From: Candidatus Moraniibacteriota bacterium
GTDB taxonomy: Bacteria; Patescibacteriota; Minisyncoccia; Moranbacterales; DUUL01
Length of the DNA: 64,000 nt
Assembly (NCBI GenBank): GCA_041596615.1
Contig: JBFHIG010000001.1
Span: 77,382-141,381, forward strand
Direction of reading: 5' to 3'
In this document: one piece after another, positions 1 through 9,153 of the stretch
How positions within the stretch are numbered: the first letter of the stretch is position 1
Layout: the number at the start of each line of letters is the position of its first letter
Made by a program: the position numbers and the translations under genes
Notes under the pieces: model-generated
What the model was told of the DNA's origin: nothing
Databases searched by the model: none
What the model saw: only the letters and a program-made list of their open reading frames with translations

Positions 1-1
1 G

Positions 2-1639
2 CTTTTCCCTTTTAATGGGCTTAATTTCGCAATGGGACTGACCAGTATCAAATTTAAAGACTATTTTGTGGCAACACTGTTTGGAATTATTCCGGGTGCT
101 TTCGCATATGTTTATTTTGGAAATTCGCTGGCAAATGCAAGTATTGCGAATATTTTTATAGCAACAACTTTCTTGATTTTACTTTCGTCAGTTTATCCTA
201 TTTATAATAAATTTAGAAAAAAAGAGAAAAATGAGTTTGATATTATTGTGATCGGCGCTGGTTCTGGAGGACTAAACATCGCTAGTTTTATGAATAAAGC
301 AGGGCTTAAAACCTTATTGATTGATAAAGATAATAAAAGTGTCGGAGGAGATTGTCTTAATTTTGGCTGTATTCCTTCAAAGGCATTGATTCACGTTGCG
401 AGAACAATCAAAACTAGCAATGATGCAGAGAAGTATGGCGTCAAAACAAGTGACTTGCCTGATATGCAAAAAATAAAAAAATATATTAAAAAAGTTCAAG
501 ATAAAATTAGAAAGCATGAAAATGCTGAATATTTTAAAAAACAAGGAATGCAAATCGAATTGGGCGTGGCAAAATTTGTTTCGAAAAATGAGGTAGAAGT
601 TGGTGGCAAAAAATTCAAAGGACATAAGATTGTGATATCAACAGGCTCAAGGCCAAGAAAATTAGAAGTTCCAGGAATTGAAAAAGTAGAGGTTTATACC
701 AATGAGACAATTTTTAACATTCAGAAGCTTCCAAAAAAATTATTGGTTGTAGGTGGTGGGCCAATTGGAGTTGAACTCGGTCAAGCCTTCAGACACTTGG
801 GCAGTGAAGTTGAGATTGTTCATAGAGGAGGAAAGGGTCTCGGGAAAGAAAGGGCGGATATCTCAGAGATTCTTGCTAGACAGTTGAAAAAAGATGGCGT
901 GCGATTCCATTATAATTCAGAAATTGAGGAGTTTGTTTCTGCTGATAAGGCGGTCTTGAAAAATAGTAAAAATGATTCAAAGAAAGAAGTTTTTTTTGAC
1001 GCCGTTCTTGTTGCAATCGGTCGCCAGTTGAATACAGAGGGACTTGGGCTCAAGATGGCTGGCGTCAAAACGGAAAACGGGAAAATCAAAACAAACGAAT
1101 ATCTGCAAACCACCAACAAAAGCATTTTGCTTGCAGGCGATGTGGCAGGAAGCTTGATGTTCACACATGCAGCCGAATTGCACGCATCTATTATTCTCAA
1201 TAACTTTTTCTCGCCTTTTAAGAAAAAACTCAGTTATGATAAGTTTAGCTGGGTTACTTTCACTTATCCGGAAGTTGCAACATTTGGAATTGGTGAGGAC
1301 GAATTGAAAAAGCGAGGCGTGAAATACACAGTGCTTGAAAAAGATTTCAAAGACGATGACAGGGCCCTCACTGATGACTATCCAGACTCCCTGGTAGTTT
1401 TATATGTCGGAAAGGACAATAAACTCTTGGGCGGCAGCATCGTTGCTCCTAGGGCAGGAGAATTGGCACAAGAACTTATTCTTGCTATAAGTGCAGGACT
1501 GAAAATAGATCAAATTTTTGCTAAAATCTATCCTTATCCAACAGCAACAAGGATTAATAAATCTCTTGTCGGCAGTCTATTTGCAAAAAAACTGTCCTCA
1601 AAATTCAATCGAAAATTGCTTAGAATCTTTTATCATTAA
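2..1639 (+). CDS. 5'-partial fusion of a DedA/TVP38 (VTT) membrane domain and an FAD-dependent pyridine nucleotide-disulfide oxidoreductase (MerA/LpdA-like)
   Basis: Frame open from base 2 (LFPFNGLNFAMGLT...GIIPG, typical TVP38 C-terminal half); GAGSGG FAD motif, GGDCLNFGCIPSK redox disulfide, GGGPIG NAD(P) motif, C-terminal YPYPT. Confidence 0.85.
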   Translation, partial: LFPFNGLNFAMGLTSIKFKDYFVATLFGIIPGAFAYVYFGNSLANASIANIFIATTFLILLSSVYPIYNKFRKKEKNEFDIIVIGAGSGGLNIASFMNKAGLKTLLIDKDNKSVGGDCLNFGCIPSKALIHVARTIKTSNDAEKYGVKTSDLPDMQKIKKYIKKVQDKIRKHENAEYFKKQGMQIELGVAKFVSKNEVEVGGKKFKGHKIVISTGSRPRKLEVPGIEKVEVYTNETIFNIQKLPKKLLVVGGGPIGVELGQAFRHLGSEVEIVHRGGKGLGKERADISEILARQLKKDGVRFHYNSEIEEFVSADKAVLKNSKNDSKKEVFFDAVLVAIGRQLNTEGLGLKMAGVKTENGKIKTNEYLQTTNKSILLAGDVAGSLMFTHAAELHASIILNNFFSPFKKKLSYDKFSWVTFTYPEVATFGIGEDELKKRGVKYTVLEKDFKDDDRALTDDYPDSLVVLYVGKDNKLLGGSIVAPRAGELAQELILAISAGLKIDQIFAKIYPYPTATRINKSLVGSLFAKKLSSKFNRKLLRIFYH

Positions 1640-1715
1640 GACCTTTGATGTACAACTTATTTTATATTTTAGGTCAAATGGTGTATAATAGTTAATAATT
1701 AGTAATAGAAAATAT

Positions 1716-2102
1716 ATGCTACAAGAATTTAAAAAATTTGCCATCAAGGGGAATGTTATTGATCTGGCGGTCGGTATCATCATTGGTGCTGCTTTTGGAA
1801 AGATTGTTAGTTCTTTTGTTGCTGATATTATCATGCCACCAATCGGAATTATTTTGGGGGGTGTTGATTTTTCAAATCTTGCTATTACTCTCAAGAAAGC
1901 GACAGCAACAACAGAAGCAGTTACAATGAACTATGGTTTGTTTATTAATTCCGTAGTGGACTTTGTGATTATAGCCTTTGCTATTTTTATTGTAATTAAG
2001 CAAATTGATAGATTGAAGAAAAAAGAAGAGAAAAAACCAGTCGCAACACCGGAAGATGTTTTGCTCTTGAGGGAAATTAGAGATTCATTAAAGAAAAAAT
2101 AG
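1716..2102 (+). CDS. mscL: Large-conductance mechanosensitive channel MscL
   Basis: [30 protein letters not shown] and LLREIRD signatures. Confidence 0.97.
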   Translation: MLQEFKKFAIKGNVIDLAVGIIIGAAFGKIVSSFVADIIMPPIGIILGGVDFSNLAITLKKATATTEAVTMNYGLFINSVVDFVIIAFAIFIVIKQIDRLKKKEEKKPVATPEDVLLLREIRDSLKKK

Positions 2103-2159
2103 AGTTCATCTAATCATTTTGGTTTGTTTGAAATGAATATTTTTTTGGGTGGGCATATT

Positions 2160-2211
2160 TAACCATTATATTTTTTTAAGAGTTTTAAAATTTAAAAAAA
2201 TATAATGGTTA
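2160..2211. repeat. Perfect 20-bp inverted repeat with 12-nt spacer
   Basis: TAACCATTATATTTTTTTAA (2160-2179) / TTAAAAAAATATAATGGTTA (2192-2211). Confidence 0.85.
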
Positions 2212-2328
2212 GATATTCTTGATTTTATAATAAAAATGTTAGGTTATTATTCGTTAAGTCTTGAATTTATATGTTATAATAAATCTATTAAATGTAGCTA
2301 AAACAAAAATAATTTTTAATCTAAAACA

Positions 2329-3567
2329 GTGGAATTTCAACAACAAGAAGAAGAGCAAAAGCAAAACGAAGAAGTAGAAAAAACAGTCTACAAAAACTCG
2401 AATGAAGAGGGGGAAGAAATAAGTGAAAAAAGGACATCTAAACTCGGATATATCCTTTTGTTTTTAATGGCATTTTTTGTTGTGTCGGTAGGGGAGACAA
2501 TTTTTGCTGATTTGAAAAAAATTCCAGAAAAGCCAGTGATGCCATCTGGTTGCATTTTGAGTTCAGTGCAAAACCTTGAGCGGTTATCAAATTTAAACTG
2601 TCCTAGTTCTAGATCTAGTTCGTATTCCTATCCTTCCTATTCTGATAACTATAATCAGAGTAACCCTGGGCTCTTTAATACGGTTGATATAAAATTTGGA
2701 CTAGATGTGAAATTTACCGGTTTAAAACCTCAGTTATTAGAAATCGCTTCTATAAATCAAGATATAAACTCTGCCCAGAGTGAGATTTCAAGTGCTGAAA
2801 AAAACATTCTAAAATTAAACAAAGACTACGACTTAAGTTTACAGGAAAAAATGGCAGGGGAGGCAGCTATCATGAACTCGGAGAGGATTAAAAATGATAT
2901 CACAGCTCAAAGAACACTAATAAGCACGGCAAAAAGCAAAGTTGCCTATCTCGAAAGAGAGAGAAGTGGTATTTCCTCAGACTTAACAGCACAAATATCT
3001 TCTTTAGAAAAGAGCTATGGTGAGGCAATGGATTATTATAAGAATAAACAATCCTGGTATAAATTCAAATCTTTCCTTTTAACATTGATTTTTGTTTTGC
3101 CATTTTTTGCTTTTTCTGTTTTTATGTATTTAAGATTGAAGAAAAAAAATAGTCCTTACACAATCATCTTAACAGCAACAACTACTGCTTTTTCAATTTT
3201 GCTTCTGCAGGTGGTGATGGTTTTTCTTTACGACATTCTACCGAAAGAGTGGCTCGCTAGGATTTTTAGATTTTTCTTAGAAGTTCCTTTTCTGCGGTAT
3301 GTTATCTATTATGGTTCTGTTCTTTTGGTGATAGGACTCTTTGGTGGAATTGTATTTTATATCCAGAAGAGAGTTTTTAGCCCCAGAAAAGTTGCAATCA
3401 GAAGGTTGAAAGACAAGAAATGCCCAGGATGTTCTTTCCCAATAAATTCGAAACATAATTTTTGCCCAGATTGTGGTCTTAAATTGCAAGAGGAATGCGG
3501 AAACTGTGGGAAGCAAAAAATTAGATATTTATCACATTGTCCAAATTGTGGGAATGAGAGTGTTTAA
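2329..3567 (+). CDS. Membrane protein with coiled coil and C-terminal double zinc ribbon
   Basis: N-terminal TM, coiled-coil-like region, 3 TMs, four CxxC pairs (CPGC, CPDC, CGNC, CPNC). Confidence 0.75.
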   Translation: MEFQQQEEEQKQNEEVEKTVYKNSNEEGEEISEKRTSKLGYILLFLMAFFVVSVGETIFADLKKIPEKPVMPSGCILSSVQNLERLSNLNCPSSRSSSYSYPSYSDNYNQSNPGLFNTVDIKFGLDVKFTGLKPQLLEIASINQDINSAQSEISSAEKNILKLNKDYDLSLQEKMAGEAAIMNSERIKNDITAQRTLISTAKSKVAYLERERSGISSDLTAQISSLEKSYGEAMDYYKNKQSWYKFKSFLLTLIFVLPFFAFSVFMYLRLKKKNSPYTIILTATTTAFSILLLQVVMVFLYDILPKEWLARIFRFFLEVPFLRYVIYYGSVLLVIGLFGGIVFYIQKRVFSPRKVAIRRLKDKKCPGCSFPINSKHNFCPDCGLKLQEECGNCGKQKIRYLSHCPNCGNESV

Positions 3568-3599
3568 TTGATTAAAATTTTAACCCAAATCTTCTAAAA

Positions 3600-4310
3600 A
3601 TGACGATAGGATTTAGTAATGGTGGTTTTTATAGAATAGAAACCGGTCCGAACGATAGGCTTACTTTTGAACACATAACTCGTTTGCAAGTTAATGGAGA
3701 GGCAAACGCAATCGAACTGCACTGTACAAATGAAGATGCGCTAGACCTTATCATTTCTGCTGAGAATTTGAACCTGGTCTATTTCAGGTTTATTTCTTTG
3801 CATGCACCGAGTTTTGCTTATACAAAAAACAAGGATTCTAGGAGGATTCTAGATAAACTTGGGCTATTGACCAGAAAGTATGGAATCAACAATTTAGTTT
3901 TTCATACGGACACAGTTCTTGACTGGAGTATTTTTGATGATTATAAAATTTTGCCAATTTCAATCGAGAATATGGATGACCGCAAAAAATCTGGCAAAAC
4001 AGTGGCAGACGTAAAAGCTATCCTAGAAAAGTACGATTTTGGACTAACGCTCGATTTGCAACATTGTTTTGTGAATGATAAATCTCTGCAATTGGCATTG
4101 GATTTCCAAGAAGAATTTGGGGACAGAATTGTTGAATATCACATTAGCGGGTTTGATGAAAATTTTCTGCATTACTCACTTTTCAAAACAAGAAAAGACG
4201 AAATTATTAAGACATTGTTACAAAAAGAAGTGCCAATTATCATAGAAAGCACTTTTGATGAATTTGGAGAGGAAAGGAAAGAATTGGAGTATATAAAAAG
4301 TAGGCTGTAA
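3600..4310 (+). CDS. Xylose isomerase-like / AP endonuclease 2 TIM-barrel protein
   Basis: Motifs IELH, SLHAP, VFH, IENMD, LDLQH, YHISG, IIES in the family's order. Confidence 0.7.
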   Translation: MTIGFSNGGFYRIETGPNDRLTFEHITRLQVNGEANAIELHCTNEDALDLIISAENLNLVYFRFISLHAPSFAYTKNKDSRRILDKLGLLTRKYGINNLVFHTDTVLDWSIFDDYKILPISIENMDDRKKSGKTVADVKAILEKYDFGLTLDLQHCFVNDKSLQLALDFQEEFGDRIVEYHISGFDENFLHYSLFKTRKDEIIKTLLQKEVPIIIESTFDEFGEERKELEYIKSRL

Positions 4311-4322
4311 AAAATCAGTAAC

Positions 4323-5500
4323 ATGAAGCAATCTTTGGAGGGTAATATTTGGAAAATGTTCGTTTATATATTTACGGGCAGAAGAGCTTACATCTCGATA
4401 CTCTCGATCTATTTTTTGACTTTGCCAAACACAACAGCAAACATGCTTGGCCTGTTTTCAGGTATTGGAAATCTTGTTGCCTTTTTTTTGAAATTCCCTC
4501 AGGTTACTTTGCTGATAGATTTGGACACAAAAAGACTCTAGTTTTGTCTAAAATTCTGATGTTATTCTCGACATTTTCTTTTATCTTTATTCAAAATTTC
4601 TATGGATTTGCGCTGGGCTCTATTTGCATGAGTATTTCATTCGCTTTTACTTCTGGAACAGTTTCAGCATTTATGCAAGAAACTCTCGAGAAGCTAAATA
4701 GAGGAAAAGAGTATTCTAAATTGATGGGAAGAATGAGGGGGAATGTTTCTTTGTTTAGTATTTTTCTGATAATACTACTCCCTTTTCTAGCTAAAATAGA
4801 CATTATTTGGCCATTCTATGCGAGTCTAGTGCTTGATGTTGTGGGTCTTGTAGTCGTCTTTACTTTTATAGATCCAAAAAATAAAATTAAAATTTCAAAA
4901 AATCAAATCAAGTCTATAATAAGAATTTTTAAGGATACGAGAAAATTAAATTTTCTTCCATTTGCTGTTTTTACGAGTGCTATCTCAGGTTTCATAATAG
5001 CAGAGGCCATATTTAGGTATGTTTATTTGGAATCGTTGGGATACCCAATCGCTTGGGTCGGATTTGTCTTCGGGTTGTCAAGATTGGTTTGGTTTTTTGT
5101 TGGAAGGCATGCACATTTAGTTGAAGAATATTTCACAATAAGGCAGCTTCTGGTTTTTGAATTGTTCCTTTTCCCATGTTATTTTTTTATTGTAGCTTAT
5201 TTGACTAATCCATACTTAATTGCGGGGGTAATGATAATTATCACTGGTTATATGTGGGGAAGAGGGCAAATAATTGAGAGTCATATTTTAAATAATCATA
5301 TTTCTGATAAAAATTATAAAGCAACAATATTCTCAATTAAAAACCAAATTGGATTGCTTTTTCAATTTGTGGTGCCTTTTTCAATTGGTTTTATTATGAA
5401 CTACTCTTATATGCTGGGATATGCTGCTTTAGGAATATTTTTGTTTATTATTCTGGCGATATCCTTTTGGTTTATTGATAAAAAGAAATTTATCAATTAA
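4323..5500 (+). pseudogene. MFS transporter, frameshifted in a T8 tract (4482-4489)
   Basis: ORF 4323 supplies the N-terminal TMs; ORF 4349-5500 continues in another frame with FEIPSGYFADRFGHKK (MFS motif A); one extra T would fuse them. Confidence 0.8.
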
Positions 5501-5543
5501 TTTTCTTTTTCGCACCATATATTTAAAAATTGAAAATAGGAAT

Positions 5544-5587
5544 AAAAAAGGCGCGAGGTCTATATAATATACACTTCGCGCTTTTTT
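5544..5587. terminator. Bidirectional intrinsic terminator
   Basis: AAAAAAGGCGCGAGG...CTTCGCGCTTTTTT between convergent genes. Confidence 0.7.
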
Positions 5588-5617
5588 GCCTTCCCTTTGT
5601 TTCAGGGGAATTCAATT

Positions 5618-6844
5618 TCAAGGGAATTTAAGGTGGGTAATGCTAATGGTAGTGACCACCCCCTCTATTATTTCGAATTTGATGTTCTGCCCGTCGCTTG
5701 TAAGCGAGGGAGAAAACTCAGGAACTTTTGTCATCAAAAAGCCCAAAAAGAACACTTTTTGATTGTTTCTCGGGAGTTCTCCTGCAGCTAGAAGCCCACA
5801 CTGAATGGCTTGAAAAACTCTAGTCAAATCATCTCTGCCTATGTCTAAGGAGACAGCATCTCCCAGAGTCTTTGGAGTCTTATTTCTTGTTCCTAGAATT
5901 TTTCCGCTGGAAGCATTGACCGCTGGAAGACCGTTTCTCATTTCTTTTAGCTCTCTTTCGCTAGCAGTAACAAGGGGCTTTGAGATAATAGAGGCAATAG
6001 CAGGGTCTAGCTTTTTGGGGTTATTAGACACTAAATCGCCTAGTCCAATTTTTGCAAAAAAATCATCCTTTGCGAACCCACACTCTTCGGCCAAGAGTTC
6101 AACATGAGCAATGTGAAGACGAGTGTCTCCATTGCTCATTGACTTGAATTTATCAGAGCGAAGACCTAAAGCATCGGTCACATCCTGTTTGCTAATACCG
6201 CTCACCTCTAGGATTTTAAACAAAACCTTCTCTGTTATTTCTCTGGGCACAAACTTTTTTTCGCTGTCGCTAGAATCCTTGGGAGTTGCATTATCCTCCA
6301 GTCCAATTTTTTTGAAAAAAGCGTCTCTTGAAAAACCGAAGGTTTCTGCTAAGTATTCAACTTGAACAATGTGAAGTCGCCTTTTCTTTTTTCTCTCCCC
6401 GAACATGTACATGTATCTTTCTAAAGTAAGTCCTAAAATACTAGCCAAATCTTCATTGCTGAGCCCAGTTAATTTTTCTATTTCAAGTAAAATACCAGTT
6501 GTTAAGTCCTCCGGCACAAGTGCTTTTTCCGGATACCTTCTAGAAAATATTTTAGGGGGTCTTTTTGATGACAAGCCCCCCTCCGCAAGAACATTTGTTC
6601 TTCTTTGGTATGGAGCCAAAAATTCAGCCCCACCAGCTTTTTCAAGAGCTATATCTATCCATTTCTCGGGAAAAACTCCATTTTCGTCAAAGTCTAGTTG
6701 TTCCTTTACGCCAATTGTTTCATTGAACTCTTTTACATCTTTTATTCCCAGAAAACTTTTGAAGCAACTAATAAATCCTCTTCGCATTTTCTTGGGAAGG
6801 GATCGAGTCACAGTTTTACCAAAAGTGCTAGCAGCCATATTCAT
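5618..6844 (-). CDS. Hypothetical protein with two tandem XRE-like HTH domains
   Basis: Internal repeat GLSNEDLASILGL...RLHIVQVEYLAETFGFSRDAFFKKIGL / GISKQDVTDALGL...RLHIAHVELLAEECGFAKDDFFAKIGL; GGGAGG RBS. Confidence 0.65.
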   Translation of the reverse strand: MNMAASTFGKTVTRSLPKKMRRGFISCFKSFLGIKDVKEFNETIGVKEQLDFDENGVFPEKWIDIALEKAGGAEFLAPYQRRTNVLAEGGLSSKRPPKIFSRRYPEKALVPEDLTTGILLEIEKLTGLSNEDLASILGLTLERYMYMFGERKKKRRLHIVQVEYLAETFGFSRDAFFKKIGLEDNATPKDSSDSEKKFVPREITEKVLFKILEVSGISKQDVTDALGLRSDKFKSMSNGDTRLHIAHVELLAEECGFAKDDFFAKIGLGDLVSNNPKKLDPAIASIISKPLVTASERELKEMRNGLPAVNASSGKILGTRNKTPKTLGDAVSLDIGRDDLTRVFQAIQCGLLAAGELPRNNQKVFFLGFLMTKVPEFSPSLTSDGQNIKFEIIEGVVTTISITHLKFP

Positions 6845-7026
6845 AATTTTCCTCCCGATATTTATTAGTAAATAAATATCTTAGTAAGATTTAATAGAAG
6901 TAAAGTTTAAATATCCTAATTTCAAATAACTGTCTTTATATATACAGGATTTCAAGCGCATTGTAAACACTTATTCTGATTAATCTGCTTAATTTTGTTT
7001 TGTAACAAAAGATTTTTATTGCTATA

Positions 7027-7500
7027 ATGAAGACGTATTTAGAAGTTAATTCCTTTCCCTCAAGACACGTGATTTACGAAAAAAGACCAGAAAATTTCAA
7101 TTCTAGATTTGAAATAGTCAGCTGTTTTTTTGAGTGTGCTGATAAAATTCTATTACTCCATAGACAAGATGATAAGCCCGAAGGAAATACCTGGGGAGTT
7201 CCTGCTGGAAAAATTGATGAAGGTGAAAATTTAGCAGAGGCGATGCTAAGGGAACTGCGGGAGGAGACCGGATTTAAATTGTCGGCTGAAGAACTTGTAT
7301 ATTTTCAAAAGATTTATGTAAGATACTCAGAGTATGATTTCATATATCACATATTCCACACTAAAATAGAAGAGGAGGTGCAAGTTTCAATCAGTGACAA
7401 AGAGCATAAAGATTTTAAATGGGTTTCTCCTAAAGAAGCTCTTGGGATGCCCCTGATTCCGGAATTAGGTTCATGCATAAAGTTGTTTTATGTGATTTAG
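7027..7500 (+). CDS. NUDIX hydrolase
   Basis: Nudix box [22 protein letters not shown]. Confidence 0.9.
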   Translation: MKTYLEVNSFPSRHVIYEKRPENFNSRFEIVSCFFECADKILLLHRQDDKPEGNTWGVPAGKIDEGENLAEAMLRELREETGFKLSAEELVYFQKIYVRYSEYDFIYHIFHTKIEEEVQVSISDKEHKDFKWVSPKEALGMPLIPELGSCIKLFYVI

Positions 7501-7668
7501 ATTTTATACTCCATGGCCAGAGAGTAAGACTATGATGTTAGATCTAAATGACCATTGCTCATTTAGAAAAAGAAATTCAAAACCACTCTTTTTCTGAAAA
7601 AAGTCATGCCTTGGTTTTGGAAATGTATGTGTTAAAATATAATAAAAATAGCAGTAATTTAAAGTCCC

Positions 7669-8049
7669 ATGCTTAACCCTAAAATCTTCAGCAAACATTA
7701 TTTATTTGTTTTTACTTTCGTCTTTGTAATAACCTTTGTTTTCGTCGGAGCATTTTATGCAAATGAAGCCCCTAAATCTGTTATGGGAATTTTTTATGGG
7801 CTAATTTTTGTTCCAATGTTCTTCTTCTTTAAGTATAAAAAAGCTGAAGTCGATTTGCGATGGTTTAATGCTTATATGTTTTTTGGTTTTGTGTTTGGGT
7901 TCCTTTTTTTAATAAATGAAACTGTGAGCTTGAATAAGTTGATAACCTGGTTATCAACTGGTGCTCCATTTGTAATCGCTTTCAATTTATTTTGTATTAG
8001 ATTTGTCCAGATGGCTGAAGCAGAACAGATAAAAAGTTCTAAGGACTAG
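7669..8049 (+). CDS. Small 4-TM hypothetical membrane protein
   Basis: 126-aa ORF with four hydrophobic segments. Confidence 0.6.
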   Translation: MLNPKIFSKHYLFVFTFVFVITFVFVGAFYANEAPKSVMGIFYGLIFVPMFFFFKYKKAEVDLRWFNAYMFFGFVFGFLFLINETVSLNKLITWLSTGAPFVIAFNLFCIRFVQMAEAEQIKSSKD

Positions 8050-8099
8050 AAACAATTATTATCAAGATGTTAATATGTGAAGAACATTTCTCTTGTAAT

Positions 8100-8145
8100 A
8101 AAAAACAAACCCAGATTTCTTTAGATTTCTTTGGGTTTGTTTTTT
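8100..8145. terminator. Bidirectional terminator
   Basis: AAAAAACAAACCCA...TGGGTTTGTTTTTT between convergent genes. Confidence 0.7.
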
Positions 8146-8164
8146 ATAAAAAATTGACTAGTTA

Positions 8165-8497
8165 CTATTTTTTGGCTACTTTTTTTGGCTTCTTAACCGC
8201 TTTAACAGTCTCTTTTTTCTCTTCCTTTTTTTCTACTGTTTTAGTTTTTTTCTTTGCAGCTTTTTTTGCTTCTTCTTTTTCTTTTTCAATTGCAGAAAAC
8301 TTTTCCATTCGTTGCTTGAATCTATCAACTCGTCCGGTTGAGTCTATAAGTTTCTTTTTTCCAGTATAAAAAGGATGACAAGCACTACAAATTTCGATGT
8401 CTTTCTTTTCTAAAGTTGAGCCAGTTGTGATAACGTTTCCGCAAGAACATTTAATGATTGCTTCTTCATTATATTTTGGGTGGATTCCTTTCTTCAT
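8165..8497 (-). CDS. rpmE: 50S ribosomal protein L31 (Zn-binding type) with Lys/Glu-rich tail
   Basis: [30 protein letters not shown]. Confidence 0.97.
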   Translation of the reverse strand: MKKGIHPKYNEEAIIKCSCGNVITTGSTLEKKDIEICSACHPFYTGKKKLIDSTGRVDRFKQRMEKFSAIEKEKEEAKKAAKKKTKTVEKKEEKKETVKAVKKPKKVAKK

Positions 8498-8766
8498 ATT
8501 TCAATGATATAATTATTTTAAATTTTGCACAATAACAATAAAGCCAAAATCTGAAACTTGCAGTAGAATACGGAGATTCTGAACAGTTACTAAGTGCTTT
8601 TTTCCTAGACAAGAGCTAGATTAACACAATATTCTTGAATTGGCAATAGCCCAATCATTCTAGTTTTTTCTAACGCAGGTCAACCAAAAATGTTTACGAA
8701 AAGATATTATATTTATGCCTTAAAAAAGCATAAAATAGATTTTTAAAAAGCAATTAAATTTAAGAC

Positions 8767-8794
8767 TGGACAATCTTATTTTTTTTGCTATAAT
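8767..8794 (+). promoter_or_regulatory. Sigma70 promoter for the tRNA-Ile/Ala transcript
   Basis: TGGACA -35 and extended TGcTATAAT -10. Confidence 0.55.
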
Positions 8795-8939
8795 TACTTC
8801 TGTTGTGATGTTTAATCGTGACGAAAGTTTTACAAAACAAGGGCTGTCGGCTCTTCTAATGGTAGGGATTGGGGTATTGTTAGTCAAATTCTCAAATCCT
8901 CAATCATAATGAGGTCACCTTTGGCCTGTAAAAAATAAA

Positions 8940-9013
8940 GGGCGATTAGCTCAGATGGTTAGAGCGCGTCACTGATAATGACGAGGTCCCAGGTTCAATT
9001 CCTGGATTGCCCA
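8940..9013 (+). tRNA. tRNA-Ile(GAT)
   Basis: Cloverleaf; anticodon arm CGTCA-CTGATAA-TGACG; no encoded CCA. Confidence 0.96.
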
Positions 9014-9080
9014 CAGGAATAGTATGTAGTATAGTGTATTTAGTATTTTGGTTGAAAATTGGTAATTGAAAATTTAACGC

Positions 9081-9153
9081 GGGCCCTTAGCTCAGTTGGT
9101 AGAGCGCCTCATTTGCACTGAGGAGGTCAGGAGTTCGAATCCCCTAGGGTCCA
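9081..9153 (+). tRNA. tRNA-Ala(TGC)
   Basis: Cloverleaf; CCTCA-TTTGCAC-TGAGG; G3:U70 pair. Confidence 0.96.

Noticed and set aside
8498-8615. Ribosomal-protein leader RNA upstream of rpmE
   Set aside because: A ~115-nt leader is plausible but I could not find a convincing structure
8842-8926. SRP (4.5S) RNA or tRNA pseudogene
   Set aside because: No GNRA-capped SRP domain IV motif and no T-arm or cloverleaf; kept only as an unassigned hairpin
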